Source of the DNA: Eledone cirrhosa | Taxonomy: Eukaryota | Reading direction: 5' to 3' | Assembly: GCA_964016885.1 (NCBI GenBank) | Contig: OZ024747.1 | Coordinates: forward strand, 39,928,001-39,992,000 | DNA: 64,000 nucleotides | In this document: piece by piece, positions 1 to 14,800 of the stretch | Numbering within the stretch: position 1 is the stretch's first letter | Layout: every line of letters starts with the position of its first letter | The notes under the pieces: generated by a model | The model's database searches: none | Seen by the model: the letters and a program-made list of their open reading frames with translations, nothing else | What the model was told of the DNA's origin: nothing | Program-made: the position numbers and the translations under genes

Positions 1-506
1 AGGAGAAATATATAGGGTAATTCCAAACGATATTTTAAACTACCTCGAGTTATTAAAGCCTGAAATATTAGTGGCGATAACCTGTATATTAAATATACCT
101 TCTGTGAAAGTATTACAATACTATAACATATCAAGTAATATATATTCAAAATAGCACAAGTAGTTAGTAATAGGGGCTGTAGCAGTTAATGTTAGGATTT
201 ATATTCTTTATACGAAATAGGACGTATGTCAGAGTAAAATATTATCAAAACTAGTGTAGTTAATATGAAACCTGGTGAAGATATCTAATAAATGATTGAT
301 AAGTATTAATATGTATCAATAATTTATTATTAAAACTGTCGTCCCACTGCCTAAATAGATCGCAAAGTCAAATAGGCTGGTTTCGGCAAAGGTATACATT
401 TTGTCAGTTGCTTTGACATACGTGCGCGCGGAAAGGTGTGTGTAAGAGGGTATATGTATTAGTTTGTGCACGCACGCACATAGGAGTAATTATATATATA
501 TATATA

Positions 507-579
<73 letters not shown>

Positions 580-1107
580 CAAGCAAACACAGTCGAACAT
601 ACACTCTGTTTCATGGAAGCATGACTCACCCATATCATTCTTATGTGCCTACCTATAGCACACGTATAATGCAATAAATATTTTGAAGCAAGTATGTACA
701 ATGATGAACGTATTTTAAAGCAAATATATTATATTCGACTTTTAGATTTTTCCTATATTTCACTCCTTCTCCTTACTATGTATTTTCCTATACATATTTA
801 TATTCGCGCATCAACCTGTCTATCAATTTATCCATCCTAATCTCACACATACATATGCATTTATGATAGTAATAAACCGCTTCTAGAAAAGAGTTTAACA
901 AAATTAGTCATACATGTGTCAGTAGTAAGAAACAAAAGAAAATATATTCAAGAATAAAATGATCTGTTCTTAGATAATATCCAAACTTTTATTAAAGCAG
1001 ATTACCATTATGAAACAGAGGTGATATTTTAACGCAAGGATCCTTTTAGTACTGCTTACCGCTTCAAATCTAGTCTCACCATTTGAAAATGTTGCCTTTA
1101 TAATATA

Positions 1108-4100
1108 CTAGCAGAGCCATACGGTGTTGCCCGGAAATGAAATTGTTCCTTATATATTACAAGAAAAAAGCAAAATATGTTCTTTAGAAATTTGTTATTC
1201 TAAATTCAGTTTATTCTTCAATTAGGATACATGATGAAATCAATTCTGAATTCATAATACAAAATTAAAAAAAATAATAATATACGAAAATACAAAATAT
1301 GTGATAAATTCTGTCACATATGTTGAAGGAAATTACATAAGAGCTTCTGGGAAAACAACATTCTTTGTTTTCTGGTTTGGAGCACAGACAAATAAGTCTT
1401 GTAAACACCCACACTGGAGCAATCAATATAAAGTTGACTATGAGAATAGCAATGTTCAATTAAGTGCAAGCAAGTAGATTTCAAAGTCTGACCTCCAGCT
1501 TTATTAATAGACATTGCGAAGCAAAGTCGAAATGGGGATTGCGTTTATTTGAACTCAAATGGCATGTCTGTTGGTTTGATTGGAATTCTTGGAATGAAAA
1601 CCTCTTCCCCAGAAGCATATCCAGTGATGATGGTAGCTTCTATCACATTAGGAGATAATGTCTTCACAAACAATCTTGTCTCTTTGCATAACTTAGAATG
1701 ATCTAAATTTTTTAGAAGCATTATTGGGACTCTTACCTTCAGAAAACGTTTTTTTGTGGAGGAGTTCCAGGGCCTCAAGAGAATTAAGGAACACTGTTGG
1801 CTAGTGGACAGCTTGATTTCCATCAAGGACGGAATCAACTGTTTTGTACTCCTTATTCATGGTTAATCCTTGCTACTGACTCATCTTTTTGTGTTGTTTT
1901 GGGAGCAAGAATTGCCCTCTCACACAACCATTTATATGAATTATAAATATTACTTAAGTCTGGAAATTCAGCTGGGGAACTCACTATGGTAGCAATATGA
2001 GCCAAATTGATATCACCATTCCCATCAATTCGTACTTTCCTAATTGGAGGAGACGGGTTGAAAACTGTTCTGCACATTGGTCCCCATGTAATAAAGCTCT
2101 CATGTTCCATAGGTGCGAAGACTTATTGCATGCTTTTATTTCATCAGCTTTGTTCCTCTCGGAATGACTGGTAATGTTTGTCTGAAGTCTCCTGATAAAA
2201 CTAATGTAACTCCTCCCATAGATTTATTGTTGCCTCTTATGTCCTGTAAGATCCTATCAAGAGCTTCCATTGCTCCTCTATGTGACATGGTGCATTCATA
2301 GCAAATGATCAGATGGCATTGACGCAACACTTCTGCTGAACATGAACCTTTGCTTATGTTACAAATTGGACAGTCATTTGTGACCAGGTTTGACGGTAAT
2401 TTAAAAGCAGAATAAGCTGTTTGTCCTCCTGGGAGAAGTGTGGAAGCAATACCAGACGATGCTACAGCAAATGCAATTCTTTTTTGTTACCTTACCCTGG
2501 AGAGAAGCAATGTTGTTAAAAATGTTTTACCTGTGACACCAGGAGCATCAAGAAAGAAAATTCATTCACTTATTTCTCTAACTGATGAAATAATTTTATC
2601 ATATGCACAGCGTTGTTCTGGAAGTTTAGGTTCATGTTCATTCACAAATACAGTCAACTCTGTGATGTCATAATTTGTATCTCTTGCTACGTCTCTTGAA
2701 GTTAAATCAGAGTTTCTTCTTGGCAGTCCAGAGCCAGACTCGTGCAAATGTTTGCCTCTCTGGGTGGCTCTCATGAATGGGGAAATTGAAGATGCGCCAA
2801 AAAGCCTCATTGCTACTGATGTATCCTCCTCTCTCATACTGCGCAACTTCGTCATTTTTATTTATCTGCTGACTGCCATTCTGCATAAGAGTGTATGTTG
2901 CAGCATCTAAATTTTTCTTTATATATTTGCAAACATACTTAATAGACTTAACAGAGTTGCAGAATTCAACATTGATATGGACTTTGAAAGGTTTTGTAAG
3001 AGGACAGTAGGGTACGACCCACTGATTGTCAATGATGAATTCTTGTCCATTTCTCTTTTTTTTTTTTCGAAGGGAATCCACCATGCCCAGGTTTTCTTCT
3101 CCTGGGGTAGCCACCTTCTCCAGTTTGGATTTCTTGTACAAAGAGACGTGGGTAGTTCTTGGTACACTTATTATCCCTCATGCATGGGGAGAATGGATTA
3201 ATCGAACCACAGGGCCCATGAATCATCTGGGACTTGACAATTTCATGCAGGAAAGGATCTTGCTAAGGATTAGGCAGTTCAGCTGAGATAAATAAATCAA
3301 TATGAGTTGGCCGAAGATTTTCATGTAACCAAATCAAAATGTGGGCATGTGGCAATCCTCGTTTTTGTCATTCAATTGTGTACATGTCACATTTGATTGA
3401 TCCAAAGAATTCACATTTTTTTAGGAGATCCATCAACTTTATATCTTTAAGTCTGAACACCCTAGCTATAATATCATGACGATCTTTGCGTTCTTAATGA
3501 TGATAAAGCTCACTCTTTATTTCATGCCATGCTGGGTTACATGTGAATGGAATGAAGAGGTCTAGACGACCATAGTGTCTGACATGTAAGTGCATCTTGG
3601 GTACACTCATGCATATACCGTGGACTTCCTGTAAAGCTTGATGGAAGAATGACACAAAGCGGTCCATTGTTATCAGCAGCCAATGTTTCTTCATTACTAA
3701 TTCCATCTCTCAGGTGAATGTAATCTGATGCACGGAGATCTTTCTGATGTGCTCTAATGTAAAGAAGCCTTTCTCCTTCAATTTTTGCATACATACCAAC
3801 TGCAAATTGCTGGAAGAGCTCACGTGAACGATGAAGAATATTGAAGTCTTGCTCTCTTAATATGAAAAGGTAATTATAGAATACCATGCAGCTTACTGTT
3901 TTTGTCAGTACAGGATCTCTTGTTTTAAGATCTGTTTCTTTTTTTATACCAAAGAGATATCCATCTTGGCCAAATATACAGATTAATGGACAATGGAGTG
4001 CATCATATGGTCGGTGGGCTGCATTTATCCGCTGCATTTTATTTCCTATTACTTGAATAATAATATCTCTCTTCCCATACTCGTCACCTGTAATAATTGC

Positions 4101-5430
4101 TGCTACTTCATTTGCGGCAGGGGAATTGTAGCGGCCTCTCTGTTCAGGAACAGGCTTTTTGTCTGCATCAATAACTATCTTATATTCAGTGGGTGGTGCA
4201 GATTCTAATGCATACTTGAAGCTTCTGATATAGCTATTGTTTGCATACAACATATCTTGCAGATCAAAGATTAACTCTTCTTTCAAAGCCTTCTTGTAAT
4301 TCACCTCAAAATATAGCTGTAAAAACTGAGGATGTTTGCCTTCAGTTGACAACAAAGATCTAATACGATGGCATACTTGACCTTGAACTTTAAAAGTTGG
4401 CTTCATGTTCCCTTCTCTTATAATATACCAAAGGTGGTTATTTAGAAAACAGAATAATAATTGCTAATGTTTTTCAAGAAGTGCATGCTCCTTGGTGTGA
4501 TTCCACAAAGCAATACCTTGAAAGTATCTGGAGGTGTACCAAACGTCGGTAAAACAACCATTCTTCCACCACAACACATAGAGGTGGTTTCTCTTTCCCA
4601 TTTCTTTCCTTTACAAAAATTGCACTTTTTTGACATTGCTCCAGTATGAATCAATGTCTCTGTAGAGTAATCATGTTTTGGATCACAGTTGAAAGCTGAT
4701 CTTTTCCAAGTCCACTTAAAAGATGCAACTCTTTTGTTAAACGTATTCAGCCTATCTTAATCAAGACGCTTACATCTCTCCTCTGAGGATTGGCGAAGTC
4801 TTGCAGCAACAGTTTGCTCCTCGTTTTTTCTGTTTAATTTCTCTCTTCTCTCTGTCTTTTTCTCATTCTGTGCCTCTCCGTTTCTTTCTCCCCCCCCTCT
4901 CACTCATTATGCACAGACATACAAATACACAGACATCTGCTAATGTCTATATATTAATTTCAACAACGTCAGTATTCCGTGTGTCATAATTTTCGATTAT
5001 CATTGGTTCATAGGTTTCAAACGAATCGGCCCACCTCAACGACGCCAAACTTAAATTAATACGCATAATGCCAATGAGGGAGTGAGAGGGGATAGTAAGA
5101 AACAGAGAGGCAAAGTGAACGCTGTAACTATTACCATGTCTGCGTGTGTATGTACGTCCACGTATGTTTATGTGCGTGTGCGTGCATGCAGCGTTCCACA
5201 GAAAGTAAAAACTATCAACATGTGTGAGTGTGTAAGTGTGTGTAAGTGCACGGGTGCGTGTGTAAGTTTGCGTGCGAGTGCGCGTTTCCATGCGTGTATG
5301 TGTGTGTACGTGGGGCGTTCCACAATCTCCACGCAGCTTATCTGTCTGTGTGCCTGTATGTCAGTCTAGAGTTGTGAAGGGAGTAAATAGGGACCTTTTT
5401 TTTACATTGACGGACATCTTTTATATTTAT
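1108..5430 (-). mobile_element. Decayed autonomous-type Helitron (Rep/HUH endonuclease + Pif1 helicase pseudogene)
   Basis: Minus-strand ORF pieces: CxxC...CC N-terminus (4442-4654), 'PTFKVQGQVCHRI...GRYNSPAANEVAAI...YDALHCPL...LPSSFTGSPRYM' (3537-4406), HUH motif QKRGLPHAHILIWL (~3328-3368), 'MIHGPCG', 'WVVPYCPL...HINVEFCNSVKSIKYVCKYI', helicase 'GGVTLVLSGDFRQTLPVI' and 'VFIPRIPIKPTDMPFEFK'. 3' terminus CCGGGCAACACCG...CTAG|T ends at 1108. Many stops/frameshifts and an internal deletion at ~2765. 5' boundary approximate. Confidence 0.93.
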
Positions 5431-5489
5431 TATTGTGTCATTTTTTGACAATTGCTCGAAATGAATACTGAAAATAAAAGCAATTCGAC

Positions 5490-5695
5490 TTTATCAAACT
5501 GAACTACAGCGGCGACGGCGTGCAGCCAGGAATGAAGAAAAACGGGCCGAACAGCGCCATCGGAACGCCGAACTTCAGAGGCGAAGACGTGCCGCCATGA
5601 ATGAAGAGGAGCTGGCTGAACAACGCCCACGAAACATTGGAGCCAAGCAGCGACGGCGTGCTGCGATGGTTGAAGACGAACTGGCTGAGCATCAT
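5490..5695 (+). mobile_element. Fragment resembling a Helitron N-terminal charged repeat (~22-23 aa unit)
   Basis: + frame reads ELQRRRRAARNEEKRAEQRHRNAELQRRRRAAMNEEELAEQRPRNIGAKQRRRAAMVEDELAE; similar in character to the R/E/Q-rich repeat in ORF 32971-33282. Confidence 0.55.
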
Positions 5696-5710
5696 CTTTT
5701 ATATTAATTA

Positions 5711-6064
5711 TCTATATCTACATATAATATAAAAGATTGGAACTTCCATCATCCTTTTGAGAAACGTGGAACAACCACGTCTATGCAATGATACACGTTT
5801 TACAGTCAGGCAGAAGATGAACCATCTCCTAGAGGTCACTATTCTAGGTGGGAGCACCTAGAATTGTTCATATACTATGCATAAACGGTACAAGGAAGAA
5901 TCTGGTATATCTGGAAGATTTTTTTTTACTGTTTTCTGTATCACACAGACACCACGGACTCGCCTCATACTGTAACCAGACAAACATCCAATACAGTCAT
6001 TTTCTCTTTTACCTATCTACTCTTATCATCTGTTTACCCGTGCGAAGCTGGGTACGTCAGCTAG
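5711..6064 (+). mobile_element. Complete non-autonomous mini-Helitron (354 bp)
   Basis: A|TCTATATC...5' end; 3' end ACCCGTGCGAAGCTGGGTACGTCAGCTAG|T; body homologous to the helicase C-terminus and 3' flank of the Helitron at 36355-36860, with an internal deletion. Confidence 0.88.
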
Positions 6065-6097
<33 letters not shown>

Positions 6098-6135
6098 TGA
6101 TTTATTATTTACATATTTTCTATATTTCAAATATA

Positions 6136-6345
6136 CAGGGTGGGCCAGAATTCCTGACTCGCTTGTTAGTTACATATCTTAACATGCTTATTTTATACGC
6201 ATTATTTAAATGTGTACATTTGTGTGCTTACCGTATCTTGTTCATGATCTTATGTATGGTGTTATATTCCTTAACTTGTTTTATAACATTTTGTGTTAAT
6301 AGATCTATAAATAATCACGTGAATCATGAATTCTGGCCCACCCTG
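6136..6345. mobile_element. Tc1/mariner-type MITE (210 bp)
   Basis: TIRs CAGGGTGGGCCAGAATTC / GAATTCTGGCCCACCCTG, flanked by TA on both sides. Confidence 0.88.
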
Positions 6346-8114
6346 TATTTGCCAAATACTCCTCCGCAACAGACAAGTAGATTGTTATCCATGACAATGA
6401 TACATAGAGGCAGAAGTGTCTATAATATATACGGAAATCATTGCTAATGTTATATTATAATAATGAATAAATATGAAAAATTAATTGCTGCACAAACAAG
6501 AAATTTCCCGAAAGAATGCGAAATATATTTTGCTTTGATGAGGAAAAAGCGTTCATTTATCGTTGCAAACGTCTCAGTCTGAATGATACACTGTTATAGA
6601 TCTAGCAGGAAAAAAAATAATTACAAAAGGACCCAGATAAACGAAACACTAAAGTTTAAAGTTTTAAATATAGGCCATGAACTAGTAATTTTGATTCTCA
6701 GAATCATCCCCGTATCCGGCCAAAATTAATTCACTGCTTTTTGTTCAAACTGACCTTAACTGGCCACTCATACTGATGTTAAGGTATTGTTCTCAAAATA
6801 AATAATATCAAAATCTCATAGATTCAATATTATATGAGATATGTGTGGTAAAGACTTTACTACGAAAATACAATAGTAAATATAGAATAATGTAAATACT
6901 AAAGGGTTAAGCTAAACTTGAGTAGGTTTAGCCAGGAAAAAGAGTAACATTTTATTTCCTATCTGACTATGAAATATTAGTTAGAAATTATATTATTCCC
7001 ATGCATGTAATTACATTTATGGCATTTGTATTAGTTTGGATAAGTAAATTGGATTGGAATGAATTCGGTGCATTATACGAATAAATACGATACATGTATC
7101 TCACTGAAGATTATGAAAATCAACGATTTGTGAATTTCAATAATACTCCATGTAGAAATCACACACTCCTAGAACAGAAGATTCACTTTTACAGAATTGA
7201 CATTAAGTTCGACATATAGATTATTCATATTGTATGTCTAATAAAAATAAAAATGTACACGAGTGAAAAAAAAACGAGAACAAAACACGAGATTACCAAC
7301 ACAGTTTGGGATGCTTAAAAGAAGAAAAAAAAACATCAGAAAAATGTGATTATTTATATAAGGTGCATCAGAGACGATTCACAATAATCAGGTCTTTGAG
7401 TTCAATTCCACTCCGTGGCATCTAGTGCAATTATCATAGGTAGCCTATTGAATATAGCATTCCTAGATACTATACAGGTATTTCGTTTAGAGTACTTCCA
7501 ATTTAACAGAAAAATATCACGAGTATATAGTCAAATCACCCGAATAAATACAGGTAGCATACAGAAAATAGGTATTTCGTTGAGAGCACTTTCAATATAG
7601 CAGGAAACAGAAACAAATCACATTTATGACATGCAGTCTTGCAAATTCCTCGAAAAGGCGTATCTTTTGCAATGTCTAACTTCATCAACCTTCAACATCC
7701 CAATAGATTATCTATGTTCGATATGTAGCAAGTGTTTAAGTATATTTATGGCATAATAAAATAATCTATATGTTGAGAAACAAATAAAATATATAACTGT
7801 AGTCAAGATAACACCATTCAAACCATACATGTTATGTGGTTTAAGTAAAGAAGGGTGAGGACGTTTCATGCTTTATAAATACGCTGTTCTTTGTAAATAT
7901 CATTACACATTCGACAGATCGATAAAGAGGAAATTACTAATAACGCAAGACAAATGGTGATTACATGAAGTGGTGTAGAGCAAACCTATTTACAATAAAC
8001 CACAATCATGCATTTACGTATGAGTACAGCGCTCCCATTTTAACTCTTATTTGTTTGTTTTTTAATTTCTTTCGCACGTACCACCATAGAAATGTATTCG
8101 TAGAGATATATATA

Positions 8115-8201
<87 letters not shown>

Positions 8202-8595
8202 CATACACACACACACAACCACAAACACATATATATATATGTTATTTTTTAATTCGATAATCGATAATGTTAACTGTCTCTAAAAGTTAAACATCTCAAT
8301 AAAAGGATAAGGCATATCAATAAATTATCTCAGAGAAGTAATGAAATATAACTTAGGCCAAAATCTCATTTTGGTAGGACATAATCTAGATCAGCTAAAA
8401 TATGTTGGTTTTAAATTATAAATACCCGACTATGGCTTCTGGAACTCATATAGAGTAGATAGACGCATATACCCCGACATTAGAATCTCAGTGCAATAAT
8501 TAATTACTGACATGACACAACGACTCCATCGACATATCACACATCATCTTTATATGTGTATATGTCTGTGTGTGTATAAGTGTATGCTTGTGTGT

Positions 8596-8671
<76 letters not shown>

Positions 8672-8968
8672 AATGATATATATATATAAATAAATAAATG
8701 ATGTAATTTGAATTTGTAAATTTGCCGGTTACATATATTTTTTTTAACAGTTTCCGATGATCTAATAGAGTTAACATCGTATTTAAAATTGAGTGGCAAT
8801 GTTTTTAGTGTTCAGCAATTTTTAGACAACGTAATTTGGAAACAATTGTTAGACTGCAAATAAATCCTCTTTTTTGTACTGTTGGCCATGTTATTCTCCA
8901 CTTTTTCAATTTTAAATAAATATATATAGAGAGAGCGAGAGGAGGGAGAGAAAGAGAGAGAACGAGAG

Positions 8969-9059
<91 letters not shown>

Positions 9060-10134
9060 AACAATTATAAAAATAACCAAAAACAAAAGCAATGTTTAAA
9101 AGCAAACTGAAATAAAACATGTTACATGTTTGGAAGGAACAAACTAAGGAAGGTTAAGGGACATTTTAAGACGTCTAACAAGCTATAATTTCATAAGGAT
9201 CATACAGTGCATTTACTAAACTATAACGTGAACTACGCACGGGTCAAAGCAATGCCCGATAGTTTGTCACTTGGTGACTGGATTTGTGCACTAGAAACTC
9301 CCTTGTAAGGTTTGGTTAGTTTATTAGTTGATTAGATCAACATGTTACAACTTGCAATGTAGCAACTTGTGCAAATATTATGAATACAGTTTCTCTTTTT
9401 TTTTTTTCGTTTCTATTAAATAACACAATAATTTCTAATATGTGTAGCAATTTTCTTTCGTTTTATTTGTCGTTTTATATTTCTTCCTGCAATTGATTTC
9501 CTAATGGTAAAATTGTGTATTAATATGTTTGAACTGAAAATACTTCTTTTCATATAATATGCTTAGAGATGTTTGACGGAAGAGATACAGCAAATGTATG
9601 TAACGTCGGAACTTCTATGTTGTAGCTCGACTAACCAGAAATAGCAGCCAAATAACCTCCATATCACACGCCACCGTTCTAAAAATAAAAGTACATGTTT
9701 GATAATGTGGTTCAAGGTAACCTGCTATAGGAAAACGCCTAGCTGTAATAACTTTGATTACACCTCGGTCTGCTTGACCGAGGTGGACCCGGGGCTAAAT
9801 AATAAAACCAACGACGTTTAAATATGAATTTGTCTCCCTGTATAAATGTGTGTCTTTGTGCATGTAAGTGCATGCAAAAGTGTTGTTCATTGTGATGAAG
9901 TAGCAGAGATTTCCCAAGCAGAAGCATTTTCAAAATTTAGTATGAGAATAAATATTTGGAAAGTTCTAGATATGAATATTGAAAGGTTGACGGCTAGCGC
10001 TGCCTATCAGATTCCAGCTGAAGCAGCGAGGGACAACTGTCAATGAGGATTTCTGGCTCTGGCCGTCGTCAGATGGGCGGATTTATATATACTTGCGCAT
10101 ATACAAACTTGCGCGCGAACTCACGCATGCATGC

Positions 10135-10249
<115 letters not shown>

Positions 10250-11005
10250 TAAATAGGGAGACACAAAGCAAGCTTTGTTTAGAAACGGATAGCGAATTTG
10301 AAAATTAGGTAGTAACATGTGCTTACACCGTATTTGACTAAGTAGAATTAGTCTGTTAGTTGGCGTGACTAGGGCTCTTTAAACGTGGCAGAGCCTGTAC
10401 CTGTTTCAAGTCGGAACACACCCGATTATCTCTAGAGAATGAAAGAGAATAAGGAAGAAAGTGCATTAGAGGAAGAGTTGACCTGAGTACTGGACTGGTA
10501 CTCATGTATGAAACTTGGCAGGATTTGAATTTTGAGGCACGGAACAATTAATACAATGCAGTATATTCGATGTTCAAAAAATTATGTCAATTCACCGGAC
10601 AGAAAGCATATGTGCTTTTTTGTTTTTGAGAAAAAACAATAATCATCAAAATACAAGTTAAAAATACTAGATTCCTTGACCCACAACCTGCATGATGATT
10701 CGTTTAATTGAAGAGCCGCTGGTGACATATTTCACAAACATACGCCAACGAATGATATAATTCAGATTTACTTTAATTGAGCAGTTTCATATTCGTAAAA
10801 AATATTAGGAACAAATAAAATACGTAAATACATACTTAGAATTTAGTTTCAAACTCTCCACTACTCACATACGTTCGTACTACCGGATACTCATAATCTC
10901 CGGAACTTATATATAGACACCTCAGATATGTATGTATATGAATGTTAATGCGTGTAATTATGTTTCCATTCACGCATCCCCCCCCCCCCCCACACACACA
11001 CACAC

Positions 11006-11046
<41 letters not shown>

Positions 11047-11197
11047 TGTATATATATATTTATGAATATATAAATAAATATATACATATACATTTATTCA
11101 TATATTCATACGTATATATACACGCATATATATATATATAATTAGAGTTTTATTTCTCGCCCTAGCATACTCTCACTCACACACACACAGACACACA

Positions 11198-11261
<64 letters not shown>

Positions 11262-11623
11262 CACGTATGTATTTATTTGCTTAAATGCCTATGTATTTCT
11301 GAATATGTGTATGCTCTTAACTGTGTGGGCGCGTTTGATATAATAACCGAGTAGATTTAATTAATTTCAAGCAGTGGTCATGACAAATCTAACTGTGAAT
11401 ATTTAATCGTAGGAACCTTGAATAGAAATGTGACATTACTAGTGTGACATGTTTTGTGCCCTGAAAATAAATGTTATTGAAGAGATGCAAAAAAAAAAAA
11501 AAAATTACAATTATACCCTATTCGAGATTTGACAGGAATAAAAGAATTCTACATAAAATTTGGTATTTATAATGAATGTTTTGTATGGAATGCTTTAACT
11601 GTGAAAATGCGCTAAATCGTTTC

Positions 11624-11655
<32 letters not shown>

Positions 11656-12166
11656 CGCATACACAAATATACACGCATACAAACACACACACATACACAC
11701 ACAAACATAAATCCGAATTTAGTTGATTTCAATATAAAAGGTCTCGAATTTCCATCACCATTACTGTTATAGCCAATAATCTCCATGTTTCTCTTTTTCA
11801 CCCTTAGAATTGTTTCTCATTTTTTATTTATTTCCTTTTAAGTTTATGTGTGCTCAGCTTGTACAATACCCAGTAAATTTCTGAGAAACTCTTTTCAGTT
11901 GTATATTTAATATCTATTGCTCTTTACATTCAAAACCTCACCTCTAATTTATTATGATAAATTACTTCATCAGCATACACATAATTCAAATTCTCATTGA
12001 CCCGCTCTGTTTCCGAATGATGTACATTCTGTGCAGAAGTATAAGGGCGTCAGATTAAATGCATCGAAATCGATGAAAAAAGACCCATTCGATGAGCAGA
12101 GAAATAGTAGAATTGTTAAACAATTGGATAGTAGGTGTCTGCTCCCTCTGTATTATTCTCAGTTCA

Positions 12167-12360
12167 GGGCGGTGGATTGGCAGAATCGGTAGAGGGTCGG
12201 ACGCCATGCTTTGACGCATAGAGTTACGGTCTTTGCCATTCTGAGTTCAAATCCCGCCGATGTTAAATTTGCCTTTCATCCTTACGGGGTCGATAAAATA
12301 AAGTACCAGTAATGCACTGGGATAATTGCTTACCTTGTGCCAAAAGTAGAAACAATTATT
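12167..12360 (+). mobile_element. tRNA-derived SINE with Meta-like central domain
   Basis: Box A TGGCAGAATCGG, box B GAGTTCAAATCCC, central GCCTTTCATCCTTACGGGGTCGATAAAATAAAGTACCAG, ATT tail; 15-bp TSD ATTATTCTCAGTTCA. Confidence 0.9.
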
Positions 12361-12507
12361 CTCAGTTCAAACCTCGCATTTTCTCGCCCCAAAAGCGGTA
12401 ACACTTTAGTCAGTTGTTCCGACTGGCAGATAGTAAAAATGGCAAAGCCAACATAATTTTGGTGGTTGCTATCTACTGAACGGCTACCTTCCATTTTTGT
12501 TTTTCAG

Positions 12508-14800
12508 CTATCATTTGTGGTGGTGGTGGTAGTGGTGATTGTGGTGGTTGTGGTGGTTGTGGTGTTGGTGGTTGTGGTGGTTGTGGTGGTGGTGGTGGTG
12601 GTTGTGGTGGTTGCGGTGGTTGTGGTGTTGGTGGTTGTGGTGGTGTTGGTGGTTGTGGTGGTGGTGGTGTTGGTGGTTGTGGTGGTTGTGGTTTTGGTGG
12701 TGGTTGTGGTGGTTGTGGTGGTTGTGGTGGTGGTGGTGGTGGTGGTTGTGGTGGTTGTGGTGGTGATGGTGGTGGCGGTGGTGGTGATTGTGGTGGTTGT
12801 GGTAGTGGTGGTTGTGGTGGTTGTGGTGGTTGTGGTGGTGGTGGTGGTGGTGGTGGTGGTTGTGGTCGTTGTGGTGGTTGTGGTGGTTGTGGTGGTGGTA
12901 CTGGTGGTAGTGCTGGTTGTGGTTTTGGTGGTGGTTGTGGTGGTTGTGGTGGTTGTACTGGTGGTGGTGGTGGTTGTGGTTGTGTTGGTTGTGGTGGTGG
13001 TGATGGTAGTGGTGGTTGTGGTGGTGGTTGGGGTGGTTGGGGTGGTGGGTGGGGTGGTTGTGGTGGTTGTGGTGGTTGTGGTTGTTGTGGTTGTGGTTGT
13101 GGTGGATGTGGTGTTGGTTGTGGTGGTGGTTGTGGTGGTTGTGTTGTTGGTGGTTGTGGTGGTGGTGGTGTTGGTGGTTGTGGTGTTGGTGGTTGTGGTG
13201 GTGGTGGTGGTGGTAGTGATGGTTGTGGTTTTGGTGGTGGTGGTTGTGGTGGTTGTGGTGGTGGTGGTTGTGGTGGTGGTGGTGGTGGTGGTGGTGGTGG
13301 TGGTGGTGGTGGTAGGGTGGCGTATTTGGTGGTTTTGTGGTGGTTGTGGTGTTGGTGGTTGTGGTGATGGTGGTGGTGATGGTAGTGGTGGTTGTGGTGG
13401 TGGTTGGGGTGGTTGGGGTGGTTGAGGTGGTTGTGGTGGTGGTTGTGGTGGTTGTGGTGGTGTTTGTGGTGGTGGTTGTGGTGTTTGTGGTGGTTGTGTT
13501 GATGGTGGTTGTGGTGGTGGTGGTGGTGGATGTGGTGATTGTGGTGTTGGTGGTGGTGGTGGTGGTGGTGGTGGTTGTGGTCGTTGTGGTGGTTGTGGTG
13601 GTTGTGGTGGTGGTGGTGGTGGTGGTGGTGGTGGTGGTGTTGGTGGTTGTGGTTATGGTGGTGGTGGTGGTGGTTGTGGTGGTTGTGGTTTTGGTGGTGG
13701 TGGTTGTGGTGGTGGTGGTGGCTGTGGTTTTGTTGGTGGGTGTGGTGGTTGTGGTGGTGGTTGTGGTGGTGGTGGTGGCTGTGGTTTTGTTGGTGGGTGT
13801 GGTGGTTGGGGTGGTTGTGGTGGTTGTGGTGGTGGTTGTGGTGGTGGTTGTGGTGGTCGTGGTTGTGTTTGTGGTTGTGGTGTTGGTTGTGCTGGTGGTG
13901 GTTGTGGTGGCTGTGGTGGTGGTTGGTGTGGTTGTGGGGTTGTGGTGGTTGTAGTGGTGGTTGTGGTGATGTTTGTGGTGCTGGTTGTGGTGGTTGTGGG
14001 GGTGATTGTGGTGTTGGTTGTGGTGGTGGTAATGGTATTGGTGATTGTGGTGGTGGTTGGATTTGTTGTGGTGGTTGTGGTGGTTGTGGTGGTGGTTGTG
14101 GGTGTTGTGGTGGTGATTGTGGTGGTGGTTGTGGTGATGTTGGTTGTGGTGGTGGTTGTGGTGGTGGTGGTGGTGATGGTGGTGATGGTAGTGGTGGTTG
14201 TGGTGGTGGTGGTTGGGGTGGTTGTGGTGGTTGTGGTGTTGGTGGTTGTGGTGGTGGTTGTGATGGTGTTTGTGGTGGTGGTTGTGGTGGTTGTGGTGGT
14301 TGTGTTGGTGGTGGTTGTGGTGGTGGTGGTGGTGGTTGTTGTGGTAGTTCTGGTGTTGGTGGTTGTGGTGGTAGTGGTGGTTGTGTTGGTGGTTGTGGTG
14401 TTTGTCGTGCTGGTTGTGCTGGTGGTGGTGTGGTGGTTGTGGTGGTGGTTGTGGTGTTGGTTGTGGTGGTTGTGGTGGTGGTTGTGGTGGTTGTGGTGGT
14501 AGTGGTGATTGTGTTGGTGGTTCTGGTGTTTGTCGTGCTGGTCTGGCTGGTGGTGGTGTGGTGGTTGTGGTGGTGGTTGTGGTGGTTGTGGTGGTGGTTG
14601 GGGTGGTTGTTGTGGTTGTGGTGGTGGTTGTGGTGGTTGTGGTGGTTGTGGTGGTGGTGGTTGTGGTGGTGGTTGTGGTGGTTGTGTTGGTTGTGGTGGT
14701 GGTGGTTGTGTCGGTGGTTGTGGTGGTTATCGTGGTGGTTGTCGTGGTGGTGGTTGTGTCGGTAGTTGTGGGGGTTGTGTGGATTGTGGTGGTGGTGGTG
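12508..14800. repeat. 2.3 kb degenerate (GGT/TGT/AGT/CGT)n triplet array; possible Thr-rich mucin-like (minus) or Gly/Cys-rich (plus) coding exon
   Basis: Minus strand is mostly ACN codons (Thr) with P/N/I/S/A/K; four register shifts as assembled; flanked on + by TTTTTGTTTTTCAG and G|GTGAGT. Confidence 0.85.
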
